A stretch of 64,000 bases of DNA from Spirochaetota bacterium (lineage in GTDB: Bacteria > Spirochaetota > Spirochaetia > Treponematales > UBA12059). Of the stretch, positions 36,110-45,142 are shown piece after piece. Position 1 is the first letter of the stretch. Each line of letters opens with the position of its first letter. The notes under the pieces are model-generated. The model made no database searches and was not told the DNA's origin. It worked only from the letters and a program-made list of their open reading frames with translations. Where the stretch lies: assembly GCA_029560805.1 (NCBI GenBank), contig JAKQKE010000019.1:2684-66683 (forward strand), in the 5' to 3' direction. The position numbers and the translations under genes were made by a program.

Positions 36110-38275
36110 TTACGCGGTTTTACCGGAGTCGACGCGCTTCCGTATCACCTGGGAGACCACGCCCACTACGATGAGGCCGATGCCGATGATGTCGGTCACG
36201 GCACCGGGATCGATCATCAGCACGCCGCCTGCGGCCATCAGGACGCGCTCCCACCACAGCGAGCGGCAGAGCAGGTAGCCCATGATGCCGGACGATACGC
36301 CGATGATGCCGAGCATCGAGGTTGCGACCATCAGGAGGCCGGACCAGAAGGTCACGTCTATCATCAGCATCATCGGGTTCATGACGAAGATATACGGCAC
36401 GAGGAAGGCCGCGATGGCCAGCTTGGACGCGGCGAGGCCGGTCTTCATCGGGTTGGCCTTGGCGATGCCCGCGCCGGCGAAGGCCGCGAGCGCCACCGGA
36501 GGCGTCACGTCGGCGATGATGCCGAAGTAGAACGCGAACATGTGGGCGGGCAGCACGATCGAGATGGAGTCGATGGGCAGCTCGGGGAATTTCATCCTGA
36601 GCAGCATGATGATGGCCGGGGCCGCTATCGTCGAGGTGATGATGTAGTTCGCGGTCGTCGGCACGCCCATGCCCAGGATGATACTGGTGATCATCGTGAA
36701 GAACAGGGTCAGGATCAGGTTGCCGTTGGCCAGGCTGACGAGCACCGAGCCGAGCTTGAGGCCGAGGCCGGTCTTGGTGACCACGCCGATGATGATACCG
36801 GCGCAGGCCGTCGCGGCGAGTACGCCGATGGCGCCCCTGGCGCCCGACTCGAGGCCGCCCACGATCTCCTTGAAGCCGATGTTCGGCTTCTTCTTGAGGA
36901 TCGCGAAGCCGAGTAGGATGGCGCCGAGCACCGCGAGGGCGCCGAGCGGGGTCATCTGGGTCAGGTACCTGAGCGCGCCGTCGGCGCCGTAGGGGCCGAC
37001 CTTGAAGATCGGTTTCATGATCGCGAAGACGACGAGCATGCCGCCTATCGGCAGCGGGGCCCACCAGCCGAGCACGGCGGCCGCTATCGACAGCACGATG
37101 GCGTAGAACGCCGCCAGCATCGGGGTATAACCGGTGACGAGCAGCCAGACGATGCCGACGAGCGGGATCATCAGGTAGCCGCGCCCGAAGAAGATCTCCT
37201 TGAGGTTCGGTAGCTCTTCCTTGGTCATGCCGCGCAGGCCGAGCTTCATGGCCTCGAAGTGAACGCCGGCCCAGACGCCGAAGTAGTAGAGCAGGGCCGG
37301 TATCACGGCCGCGCCTATGATGCGCACGTAGGGTATACCGGTCATCTCCGACATCAGGAAGGCCGCGGCGCCCATGATAGGCGGCATCAGCTGGCCTCCG
37401 GTCGACGCGGTGGCCTCGACGGCTCCGGCAAACTCGGGCTTGTAGCCCAGGCGCTTCATCATGGGGATAGTAAAGGAGCCCGTGCCGACGACGTTGGCGA
37501 CCGAGCTGCCCGAGACCGTACCCATCAGGCCGCTCGACAGGACGGCGACCTTCGCGGGGCCGCCGGCGGAGCGGCCGGCTATCGAGTTGGCCAGGTCGAT
37601 GAAGTACTGACCGAGGCCGGTCTTCTCGAGGTAGGCGCCGAACAGTATGAACAGGAAGATGAAGGTGCTCGACACGCCGAGCGGTATGCCGAAGACGCCC
37701 TCGGTGGTGAAGTACAGGTGCTGCACCAGGTCTCCGACGTCGACGCCTCGGTGCGCCAGCTGGCCGGGAAGCCAGGGGCCGGCGAAGGCGTAGGCTATGA
37801 AGACGCCCGCGATGATGACGATGGGCAGGCCGACGATGCGCCTGGCCGCCTCGAGTACCAACAGGATGCCTACGACGCCGACGATCATGTCCATCGTCGT
37901 CGCCGTGCCGGCGCGCAGTACGAGCTGCCCATAGTTGGCTATGATGTACATAGGCGTGATGGCGCCTAGTACCGCGAGGCCCAGGTCGAGCGGGTGGAGC
38001 CGGTCCTTGGACCATTTCTTGCTGGTCGGGTAGAGCAGGAAGATCAGCGCCATGCCGAACGCGAGGTGGACCGCGCGCTGGAGCATCGCATCAAGTACGC
38101 CGAACAGGGCTGTGTACAGCTGAAAACAGGTGAAGGTGATGGCTATGGCCGAGATCACCTTGGCCATGAGGCCCGAGTAGACGCGGAAATTCGATTCCTT
38201 GTCATACTTCTTGAGGATCGCTTGGCTATCGGCCTCTGCCGTCGCGATCGCATCGTTCGTCGTCGATTCACTCAT
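36110..38275 (-). CDS. TRAP transporter fused permease (TAXI-type, 4TM/12TM fusion)
   Basis: 721 aa, highly hydrophobic. It is downstream of a TAXI binding protein and a DUF1850 gene, the usual TAXI-TRAP operon layout. Confidence 0.8.
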   Translation of the reverse strand: MSESTTNDAIATAEADSQAILKKYDKESNFRVYSGLMAKVISAIAITFTCFQLYTALFGVLDAMLQRAVHLAFGMALIFLLYPTSKKWSKDRLHPLDLGLAVLGAITPMYIIANYGQLVLRAGTATTMDMIVGVVGILLVLEAARRIVGLPIVIIAGVFIAYAFAGPWLPGQLAHRGVDVGDLVQHLYFTTEGVFGIPLGVSSTFIFLFILFGAYLEKTGLGQYFIDLANSIAGRSAGGPAKVAVLSSGLMGTVSGSSVANVVGTGSFTIPMMKRLGYKPEFAGAVEATASTGGQLMPPIMGAAAFLMSEMTGIPYVRIIGAAVIPALLYYFGVWAGVHFEAMKLGLRGMTKEELPNLKEIFFGRGYLMIPLVGIVWLLVTGYTPMLAAFYAIVLSIAAAVLGWWAPLPIGGMLVVFAIMKPIFKVGPYGADGALRYLTQMTPLGALAVLGAILLGFAILKKKPNIGFKEIVGGLESGARGAIGVLAATACAGIIIGVVTKTGLGLKLGSVLVSLANGNLILTLFFTMITSIILGMGVPTTANYIITSTIAAPAIIMLLRMKFPELPIDSISIVLPAHMFAFYFGIIADVTPPVALAAFAGAGIAKANPMKTGLAASKLAIAAFLVPYIFVMNPMMLMIDVTFWSGLLMVATSMLGIIGVSSGIMGYLLCRSLWWERVLMAAGGVLMIDPGAVTDIIGIGLIVVGVVSQVIRKRVDSGKTA

Positions 38276-38293
38276 CGATCGATCTCCTTAAGG

Positions 38294-38740
38294 TTAATCG
38301 GATTCGCGCGAAGCGCTGAATCGTACCATGTTCCCCGTGGGCGCCCAGTAGGTCAGTGGCCGCACGCGGCCGTCGACCCGTAGCTCGTGGCCGGGGATCG
38401 GCGAGACCCGGACGGCTATCTCGTCAAAGCGCCTGCCTGGCCTCGTCTCGAAGCGCCCGTCCACGACGCAGAACCCGTCTTCGTCACCCGACGGCATGCC
38501 GGTCGACAGCTGGTCGAACAGCACGCGCTCGAGCGTCAGGCCGCCGCCCACGGAGAACTCCTCGTCCACGCGGGACAGGTTGACCGAGTGCATGAAGGAT
38601 AGGGTGAAGGTGGCTGGGACTGCTATCGTCGCGAGCGGGCGCCCCGCCTCGTCGCGGATCCGCAGTGCCCGAGCGGGGCCGAACCTGGTCAGTAGCGAGG
38701 CCGCGCACGCGAGCGCGACGGCCGCGCTACGGTATCTCAT
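38294..38740 (-). CDS. DUF1850 domain protein (TAXI-TRAP associated)
   Basis: 148 aa; FTLSFMHSVNLSRVDEEF...LSTGMPSG resembles the DUF1850 signature. It lies between the binding protein and the permease. Confidence 0.65.
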   Translation of the reverse strand: MRYRSAAVALACAASLLTRFGPARALRIRDEAGRPLATIAVPATFTLSFMHSVNLSRVDEEFSVGGGLTLERVLFDQLSTGMPSGDEDGFCVVDGRFETRPGRRFDEIAVRVSPIPGHELRVDGRVRPLTYWAPTGNMVRFSASRESD

Positions 38741-38787
38741 ACGAGTCGCCGGCGCCCCATCGATGGGCCGCCGGCTCCTTCCTCTCG

Positions 38788-39738
38788 TTACTTCTTGCCG
38801 TAGAACTTCTCGGCGCCCGGATGCAGCGGCAACGACATGCCGGCCTGGGCGTTCTCGAGCTTGATCATCGCGCCGGCCTTGGCGTGGGCGGCGGTCAGGC
38901 GCTCGGTACCGGCGGCCGAGAACATCGTCTGGAGCATCTTCTCGACGGTGGCGGCGTCGAGCGAGGCGGAGACGGCGAGCATGGCCTGGACGGCCACGGT
39001 CTGCGTGTCGGCGTCTACGCCCTTATAGGTGTTCGCCGGGATGACCGTCTTCGTGTAGAAGGGGTAGGTCGACTGGAGCTTCGCGACGACGGCATCGTCG
39101 ATCTTGACGACCCTGATGTCCTTGGTCGCGGAGATGTCCTGGACGGCGGCGGTCGGGTGACCGGCGGTCAGGAAGGCCGCGTCGATGTTGCCGTCCTTCA
39201 GGTTGCTGGCGGCCTCGTTGAACGACAGGTACTGAACCTGGATGTCGGCGTAGGTGACGCCGGCGGCTTCCATGATCTGGCGGGCGTTGGCCTCGACGCC
39301 TGAACCGGCGGCGCCCACGGCTACCTTCTTACCCTTGAGCCCGGCTACGGAGTTGATGCCGGAGTTGGCGAGCGTGATCAGCTGGCAGGTTTCGGGATAG
39401 AGGATGGCCATGCCCTTCAGCTCGGGGAAGGCCTTGTCCTTGAACAGCTCGAGGCCGTTGACGGCGTAGTAGGCGATGTCGTTCTGCACCATGATCACGT
39501 CGGCCTTGCCCTCGCGGAGCAGGTTGACGTTGGCCACCGAGGCGCCGGTCGCCTGGGCGGTGGCGTTCATGCCCTTGACGCCCTCGTTCCAGATGGTCGC
39601 CATGGCGCCCGCGAGTGGGTAGTAGGTGCCGCCGGTGCCGCCGGAAGCGATGGATACGAATGACTGCTTGGGGGCTCCGCAGCCCGAGAGGGCGGCGACG
39701 AGCGCGATCGCGATCAGGAGTATGCTGATCTTCTTCAT
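38788..39738 (-). CDS. TAXI-family TRAP transporter solute-binding protein (lipoprotein)
   Basis: 316 aa; lipobox LSGCG; IASGGTGGTYYPLAGAM is typical of TAXI receptors. SD GGAGGA before the ATG. Confidence 0.85.
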   Translation of the reverse strand: MKKISILLIAIALVAALSGCGAPKQSFVSIASGGTGGTYYPLAGAMATIWNEGVKGMNATAQATGASVANVNLLREGKADVIMVQNDIAYYAVNGLELFKDKAFPELKGMAILYPETCQLITLANSGINSVAGLKGKKVAVGAAGSGVEANARQIMEAAGVTYADIQVQYLSFNEAASNLKDGNIDAAFLTAGHPTAAVQDISATKDIRVVKIDDAVVAKLQSTYPFYTKTVIPANTYKGVDADTQTVAVQAMLAVSASLDAATVEKMLQTMFSAAGTERLTAAHAKAGAMIKLENAQAGMSLPLHPGAEKFYGKK

Positions 39739-39784
39739 TGGAGTTCCTCCTTGTTGAGTGCCGGTGGATATGAATGCGGTATGG

Positions 39785-39856
39785 CACTGTTCCTATGCAC
39801 GCGGCAAGGGAACAGTGTAGTCGTTTGCCGCCGGGAACGCAAGTATTTTTTATTAT
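39785..39856 (-). promoter_or_regulatory. Putative sigma70-type promoter with an overlapping palindromic operator for the TAXI-TRAP operon
   Basis: On the minus strand: A/T-rich UP-like tract, TTGCGT, 17 nt, TACACT (plus coordinates 39837-42 and 39814-19). Inverted repeat CACTGTTCC (39785-93) / GGAACAGTG (39809-17), 15-nt spacer, overlaps the -10 and the transcription start. Confidence 0.4.
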
Positions 39857-39889
39857 CACGCCTCGCTCGGTCGGCGAAGCAACGCCCCG

Positions 39890-41353
39890 TCAGCCGGCGG
39901 CCAGCCGACCGCGCCTCGTCATGGAGACGCCGAGTAGCCGGGCCGTGTCGGGGCCGGAGCCTCCGTCCGCGTACTGGAGCAGGCCATCGGCGCCGCGCTC
40001 CGCCCAGTGGGCCAGTACTGGGTCGACGAGGCGCCAGGCTTCCTCGGTCTCGTCGAAGCGGATGAACAGCGTGGGATCGCCGGCCATGGCGTCGGCCAGC
40101 AGGCGGTCGTAGGGGCCTGAGGCCCTGGCCGCCGAGTCCCTGAGCATGCCGACGAGCTCCTCGCGCTCCGCCTGGGCCGAGTCGGGGGCCTTGGCGTTGA
40201 AGCGCAGCACCACGCCCTCGTCGGGCTGGATGCGGAGTACCAGGTGGTTGGCGTCGAGCGCGGGGCCGGGGACCTCGGTCTCGCCCGGCCTGAAGTGAGC
40301 CACGATCTCGGTCCGGCGGCCGGATAGGGCCTTGCCCGTCTTCAGAATGAAGGGGACGCCGGCCCAACGCCAGTTATCGACCTCGAGGCGCATTGCCACG
40401 AAGGTCTCCGTGGAGGAGTCGGGCCGGACCGACGGCTCGTCGCGGTAGCCGGAGTACTGGCCCCGCACGGCGAGCGTCGCGGCCTCGGCCGGAGACAGCT
40501 GAGGCACGGCCCGTAGCAGCCTGACCTTCTCCTCGCGGACCGCCTCCTGGGACAGGAGGTCGGAAGGCGCCTCCATCGCGCAGAGGCAGAACAGCTGCAT
40601 CAGGTGGTTCTGGAGCATGTCGCGGGCCGCGCCGGTCGCGTCGTAGAAGCCGCCGCGGGAGCCGATGCCGCCCGACTCGGCCACGGTGATCTCGACCCGC
40701 TCGATGTGCTTGCGGTTCCAAAGCGGCTCGAAGATCGAATTCGCGAAGCGGAAGTACAGTATATTCTGGACCGCATCCTTGCCGAGGTAGTGGTCCACCC
40801 TGAAGATGTCGGCCTCGTCGTAACGCTCGTGCAGGCGGCGGTTCAGGTCCCTGGCGCTCGCCAGGTCGGTACCGAAGGGTTTCTCGACGAGCAGGCGGCG
40901 GTAGCCCGACGCGCCGGAGTCGAAACCGGTCAGGCCGGCTTCCGCGAGCCTCGTCGCGGCGTCGCCGAAGCGGTCAGGGGTGCAGGCTAAATAGAAGAGG
41001 CCGTTCGTCGACGCGCGCCGGTAGTGGCGCTCGCGTAGCTCGTCGTAGAGGTTGCGGTCGGAGGCGTCGCCGCGCAGGTACGATACGCCGCGGCTGAACG
41101 CCTTCCAGGCCGCCTCGTCGAAGCCCGGGTCGGCCTCGCGGCAGGCTGGCTCGAGCATGGCCAGGTAGCCTGCGTCGTCGAGCTCGCGCCTCGCCACGCC
41201 TACGAGGGCGAAGCCGTCCGGCAGGCGGCCCGAGCGGTAGAGCCTGAAGAGGGCCGGCGCTATGCGCCTGGTCGCCAGGTCGCCGGCGCCGCCGATCACG
41301 GTCATAACCGTGCGGCGCGTCCGATCGTCATGCATTGAGCCGATTCTCGACAC
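39890..41353 (-). CDS. zwf: Glucose-6-phosphate dehydrogenase
   Basis: VIGGAGDLATRRIAPALFRL (NADP site), EKPFGTDLASARDLN and RVDHYLGKD motifs. The start is uncertain: GTG at 41353, or ATG at 41335 or 41305. Confidence 0.9.
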   Translation of the reverse strand: MSRIGSMHDDRTRRTVMTVIGGAGDLATRRIAPALFRLYRSGRLPDGFALVGVARRELDDAGYLAMLEPACREADPGFDEAAWKAFSRGVSYLRGDASDRNLYDELRERHYRRASTNGLFYLACTPDRFGDAATRLAEAGLTGFDSGASGYRRLLVEKPFGTDLASARDLNRRLHERYDEADIFRVDHYLGKDAVQNILYFRFANSIFEPLWNRKHIERVEITVAESGGIGSRGGFYDATGAARDMLQNHLMQLFCLCAMEAPSDLLSQEAVREEKVRLLRAVPQLSPAEAATLAVRGQYSGYRDEPSVRPDSSTETFVAMRLEVDNWRWAGVPFILKTGKALSGRRTEIVAHFRPGETEVPGPALDANHLVLRIQPDEGVVLRFNAKAPDSAQAEREELVGMLRDSAARASGPYDRLLADAMAGDPTLFIRFDETEEAWRLVDPVLAHWAERGADGLLQYADGGSGPDTARLLGVSMTRRGRLAAG

Positions 41354-41491
41354 GGTCTGTTAGCCCCCCGGCATAAGAACGGGCCCGCGCCTCGCGGCCG
41401 AAGGCGGTCGCGGGAGCTATACGATGCCCCTCGACGATAGTATCGGCGCGCTCTCGCGGATCTTGAGTGTTTTCGTGCGCCGTGGCCCGGG

Positions 41492-42061
41492 TTAGAAGCT
41501 GGCGAGCGCGTAGACGCCTATCAGCAGCTCGAGCATGGCTAGCTCCGGGTCGGCTCGCTCCTGTTCGCGGAGGCGGTCGACGTACCAATAGAAGATGCCG
41601 AGCCGCGGGTCGATGCGGAAGACGTAGTCGATGAAGAGCGGGTCGTCGGCCTCGTCGCCGAACAGCAGCGACGCGACGGCCCTGGCGAGGCCCGCGAAGG
41701 CGGGCACGGCGTTCGGGTAGTCGCCTGCGTCCACCATGCCGACGAAGGAGTCGAGCAGGGCGAGGGCCTCGGACTTGCCGACCTCGTCCTTGCCGTCCAC
41801 CCAGGTCTTGGCGACGAGGAGCCGTACGTTGTCGCGGAAGCGTTCCAGGAGGCGGGCGCGGCAGAGGGCCAGGTCGCCTGTGTTGCCGACTACGTATTTC
41901 CTGAAGGCCCCCGGGCCGCCGATGATGTCGGCCAGGGCCGATCCATACTCGCGGCGAAGCACCGAGTTGTCCGTGCCGACGAGGAGGGGGAAGAGTTCGA
42001 AGGCGGCCTTCTCGACGTCCAGGTCCGCCGGATCGTCGACCGCGTACACGGGTGCGCCCAT
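41492..42061 (-). CDS. Hypothetical protein
   Basis: 189-aa ORF whose composition matches the neighbouring genes. No motif recognised and no clear SD, so the start is uncertain. Confidence 0.3.
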   Translation of the reverse strand: MGAPVYAVDDPADLDVEKAAFELFPLLVGTDNSVLRREYGSALADIIGGPGAFRKYVVGNTGDLALCRARLLERFRDNVRLLVAKTWVDGKDEVGKSEALALLDSFVGMVDAGDYPNAVPAFAGLARAVASLLFGDEADDPLFIDYVFRIDPRLGIFYWYVDRLREQERADPELAMLELLIGVYALASF

Positions 42062-42158
42062 GGGGCAACCATGTCACGCCCTCCGCCGCTTTGTCAATAA
42101 TACCGGTTCGGTCGGTCCCCCGCGACGGCGCTGAGCTGCCTCGGGGCTCGGCCGTGTG

Positions 42159-42187
42159 TTGAAAAGCTAGGCATTAGCGGTTACGAT
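42159..42187 (+). promoter_or_regulatory. Putative sigma70-type promoter for the DUF4954 gene
   Basis: TTGAAA (42159-64), 17 nt, TACGAT (42182-87). It is followed by a short GGGGA/TCCCC hairpin in a ~45-nt leader. Confidence 0.35.
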
Positions 42188-42238
42188 TAAGGTCGAGGGG
42201 AGGCTCGCTCCCCATTACCGAACGTCTGGAAGGCCGCC

Positions 42239-44461
42239 ATGAACGACATCCTTGTACACTCCGAGGCCGTCCTGGGCTATGGGTTCGTCGCCGACAAGTA
42301 CCTCGAGGACGGCGAGAGCGAGTATAGGCTCAGGAACGCCCAGCTCGACAAACCGTCCGACTCGTATCGCCCCCTGCGCCATCTCGACGTCGAGATACTC
42401 ATTAAGAACGGCAACCGCTGCTCCGACTGGGGCAAGCTACTCGTGCGCGAGCCGTTCGACGCCACCCTGATACGCAACAGCGAGTTCGCCGGCCTGGTTC
42501 GCATCGGTAGCCTCGAGCGCGTGGTGCTCGAGCACCACGACATGATGATCCCTGCGGGTATCACGAACTCGCGCATCATTTCCTGCGACATCGGCGACCA
42601 GTGCGCCGTGCACTCGTGCATCTACCTGGCGCACTATATCGTCGGCGACCGCTGCATCCTCATGAACAACGACGATATCCACGTCTCCGACCACGCCAAA
42701 TGGGGCAACGGCGTCATCAAGCAGGGCGAGAGCGAGGACGTTCGTATCCGGCTCGACCTGATGAACGAGGCCGGCGGCCGTTCCGTGCTGCCCTTCGACG
42801 GTATGCTCTGCGCCGACGCCTACCTCTGGGCCAAGCGCCGCGACGACGCCGCGCTCATGGAGCGCTTCGAGGAGATGACCGACGCCGCCTTCGAGCACCG
42901 GCGAGGCGAGTATGGCGTGATCGGCTCCGGTAGCGTGCTCAAGAGCAACCGCATCATCAAGGACGTGCGGGTAGGCGAGTGCGCCTACATCAAGGGCGCC
43001 AACAAGCTCAAGAACCTGACGATCAACTCGAGCGACGCCGAGCGTACCCAGATAGGCGAGGGCGTCGAGCTGGTCAACGGCATCGTCGGCTACGGTTGCC
43101 GCGTGTTCTACGGCTGCAAGGCCGTGCGCTTCGTGATGGGCACGAATTCCGCGCTCAAGTACGGGGCCAGGCTGATACACTCGGTGCTCGGCGACAACTC
43201 GACGGTCTCGTGCTGCGAGATACTCAACAATCTGATCTTCCCGGCCCACGAGCAGCACCACAACACCAGCTTCCTGATCGCCTCGCTGGTCCGGGGGCAG
43301 TCGAACCTGGCCGCCGGCGCGACGATAGGCTCGAACCACAACTCGCGGGCCAACGACGGCGAGATCGACGCCGGGCGCGGCTTCTGGCCGGGCTTGTCCA
43401 CCTCGGTCAAGCATAGCTCGCGCTTCGCCTCGTACTGCCTCTTGGCCAAGGGCGCGTACCGCTTCGAGCTGGACGTGCCGTTCCCCTTCGCGCTGGTGGC
43501 CGACGACGCGGCCCGCGACAGGCTCGAGATCATGCCCGCCTACTGGTGGATGTACAATATGTACGCGCTCCTGCGCAACGAGAGCAAGTTCGTCGCGCGC
43601 GACAAGCGGCAGAGCCGCGGCCAGAACATCGAGTTCTCGCCCTTCGCGCCCGACATCGCCGAGGAGGCCTTCGGCGCCCTCGAGCTGCTCGAGCGTTTCG
43701 TCGGGGTGGCGTGGTACCGCGCGTCCGGCGGCGCCGAGGCCGTCGTCGAGGGATCCGACGACGAGGCGACCCGGGCCAAGGGCCGAGAGCTGCTGCTCGG
43801 CCCCAAGGAGGACGTCGACGCGCTCGAGGTCCTCGGGTACGGCATCGAGAATTCCAGGCGACGCGTGCTGATCCAGAAGCCCAGGCGCGCCTACAAGGCG
43901 TATCGCCATCTGCTCCGCTGGTACGCGATGCGCGTGCTCATCGAGTATTTCGCCGAACGGCCGGACGCCACCTTCCAGGACGCCGGCGACGTGCTCGAGG
44001 GCGAACGGGTGCGCGAGTGGGAGAACCTCGGCGGGCAGCTCGTGCCGCGCTCGAAGGTCGAGGCCCTGGTCGCCGACGTCAAGGACGGCAAGGTGGGGGG
44101 CTGGGGCGAGATGCACGCCGAGTACGCCAGGCTATGGTCGGAGTACCCGCTGGACAAGGCCCAGCACGCCTGGGCGACGATGTGCGACCTGCTCGGCGTC
44201 GAGCGCCTCGAGGAGGCCGCGTTCGCCAAGGAGGTGGTCAGGTTCATGGACACCACCCGCTTCATCGAGGAGCAGGTTTACCTGACCAGGCGCAAGGACT
44301 ACGTCAACGGGTTCAGGCTGGCCACCTTCCGCGGCGAGGCGGAGATGCGGGCCGTGCTCGGCTCGCCGGAGTCGGCCCCGTTCGTCAGGCAGTCGCGGGC
44401 CGACATGGAGCGATGGCGCGCGAGGGCGGACGCCTTGCTCGGTCGCCTATCGGCCGAGTAG
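42239..44461 (+). CDS. DUF4954-like protein (predicted left-handed beta-helix / hexapeptide-repeat core with helical C-terminal region)
   Basis: 740 aa. The N-terminal and central regions have periodic small/hydrophobic residues (e.g. INSSDAERTQIGEGVELVNGIVGYGCRVFYGCKAV) consistent with a beta-helix. The family assignment is from memory, not a search. Confidence 0.45.
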   Translation: MNDILVHSEAVLGYGFVADKYLEDGESEYRLRNAQLDKPSDSYRPLRHLDVEILIKNGNRCSDWGKLLVREPFDATLIRNSEFAGLVRIGSLERVVLEHHDMMIPAGITNSRIISCDIGDQCAVHSCIYLAHYIVGDRCILMNNDDIHVSDHAKWGNGVIKQGESEDVRIRLDLMNEAGGRSVLPFDGMLCADAYLWAKRRDDAALMERFEEMTDAAFEHRRGEYGVIGSGSVLKSNRIIKDVRVGECAYIKGANKLKNLTINSSDAERTQIGEGVELVNGIVGYGCRVFYGCKAVRFVMGTNSALKYGARLIHSVLGDNSTVSCCEILNNLIFPAHEQHHNTSFLIASLVRGQSNLAAGATIGSNHNSRANDGEIDAGRGFWPGLSTSVKHSSRFASYCLLAKGAYRFELDVPFPFALVADDAARDRLEIMPAYWWMYNMYALLRNESKFVARDKRQSRGQNIEFSPFAPDIAEEAFGALELLERFVGVAWYRASGGAEAVVEGSDDEATRAKGRELLLGPKEDVDALEVLGYGIENSRRRVLIQKPRRAYKAYRHLLRWYAMRVLIEYFAERPDATFQDAGDVLEGERVREWENLGGQLVPRSKVEALVADVKDGKVGGWGEMHAEYARLWSEYPLDKAQHAWATMCDLLGVERLEEAAFAKEVVRFMDTTRFIEEQVYLTRRKDYVNGFRLATFRGEAEMRAVLGSPESAPFVRQSRADMERWRARADALLGRLSAE

Positions 44462-44495
44462 GCGGGGATAGGAGCCGTCGGCTCGCGGAGGCGCG

Positions 44496-44963
44496 CTAGC
44501 GCCTCTTCGTCTGCGCCGTATCGTCGCCGGGCTCCGGGAGCAGGTTCCGCCCCGTCGCCGCGGTCAACTCCGGCGAGCCGAAGTGCTCCTGCACGAGCCG
44601 GGCCAGCTCGGCCGCCGCGTTGATCAATGTGAACAGTCGGCTCGATACGAGCTTCAGCTCATCCTCGTCGATCGAGTCGTCGCCCTGGAGGGAGTTGACG
44701 ATGGTCATGTTGAGCTCGGCCGTCTCGTGCATCAGCTCGGCCATGCGCGTCACCAGGGCCTTGTAGGAGTACTCGATCCGCCGGTCGGCCATCGAGGTGA
44801 CCGTCTCGATGATCGACATGATGTTCTTGAGCGAATGGATCATCATCGGGTTGGGCTTGCGTTCCACCTCGACGCGCCAGTTCTCGAACCGTATCATCGT
44901 CTGGTCGAGCATGCGCTTGAGGTCGGCGTTGCTCATCTCCGGTACGTCGCGCTTGCCCTTCAT
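44496..44963 (-). CDS. Hypothetical helical protein
   Basis: 155-aa ORF with lower-GC, Met/Glu/Leu-rich, real-looking composition. No motif recognised. Confidence 0.35.
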   Translation of the reverse strand: MKGKRDVPEMSNADLKRMLDQTMIRFENWRVEVERKPNPMMIHSLKNIMSIIETVTSMADRRIEYSYKALVTRMAELMHETAELNMTIVNSLQGDDSIDEDELKLVSSRLFTLINAAAELARLVQEHFGSPELTAATGRNLLPEPGDDTAQTKRR

Positions 44964-45000
44964 GGATTAACCTGCCTGAACGGAGAGAAGAAGAATCAGA

Positions 45001-45118
45001 CCACGGAGGCACGGAGGCACGAAGGGAAATGAGGTCAAGATAGAGCGCAAAGGAATATTTTCCTTTCTCATCTCTCATCCTCCATTTTCTTCAGCTCCGT
45101 GCCTTCGTGTCTCCGTGG
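45001..45118. repeat. Octamer-armed inverted-repeat element, copy B, in the serC-to-hypothetical-gene spacer
   Basis: Left arm is CCACGGAG GCACGGAG GCACGAAG. The reverse complement of the right arm is CCACGGAG ACACGAAG GCACGGAG. The interior shares TCATCTCTC with copy A (5018-5146). Confidence 0.7.
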
Positions 45119-45142
45119 TAACGTTTTTAAGCTTGCATTATA

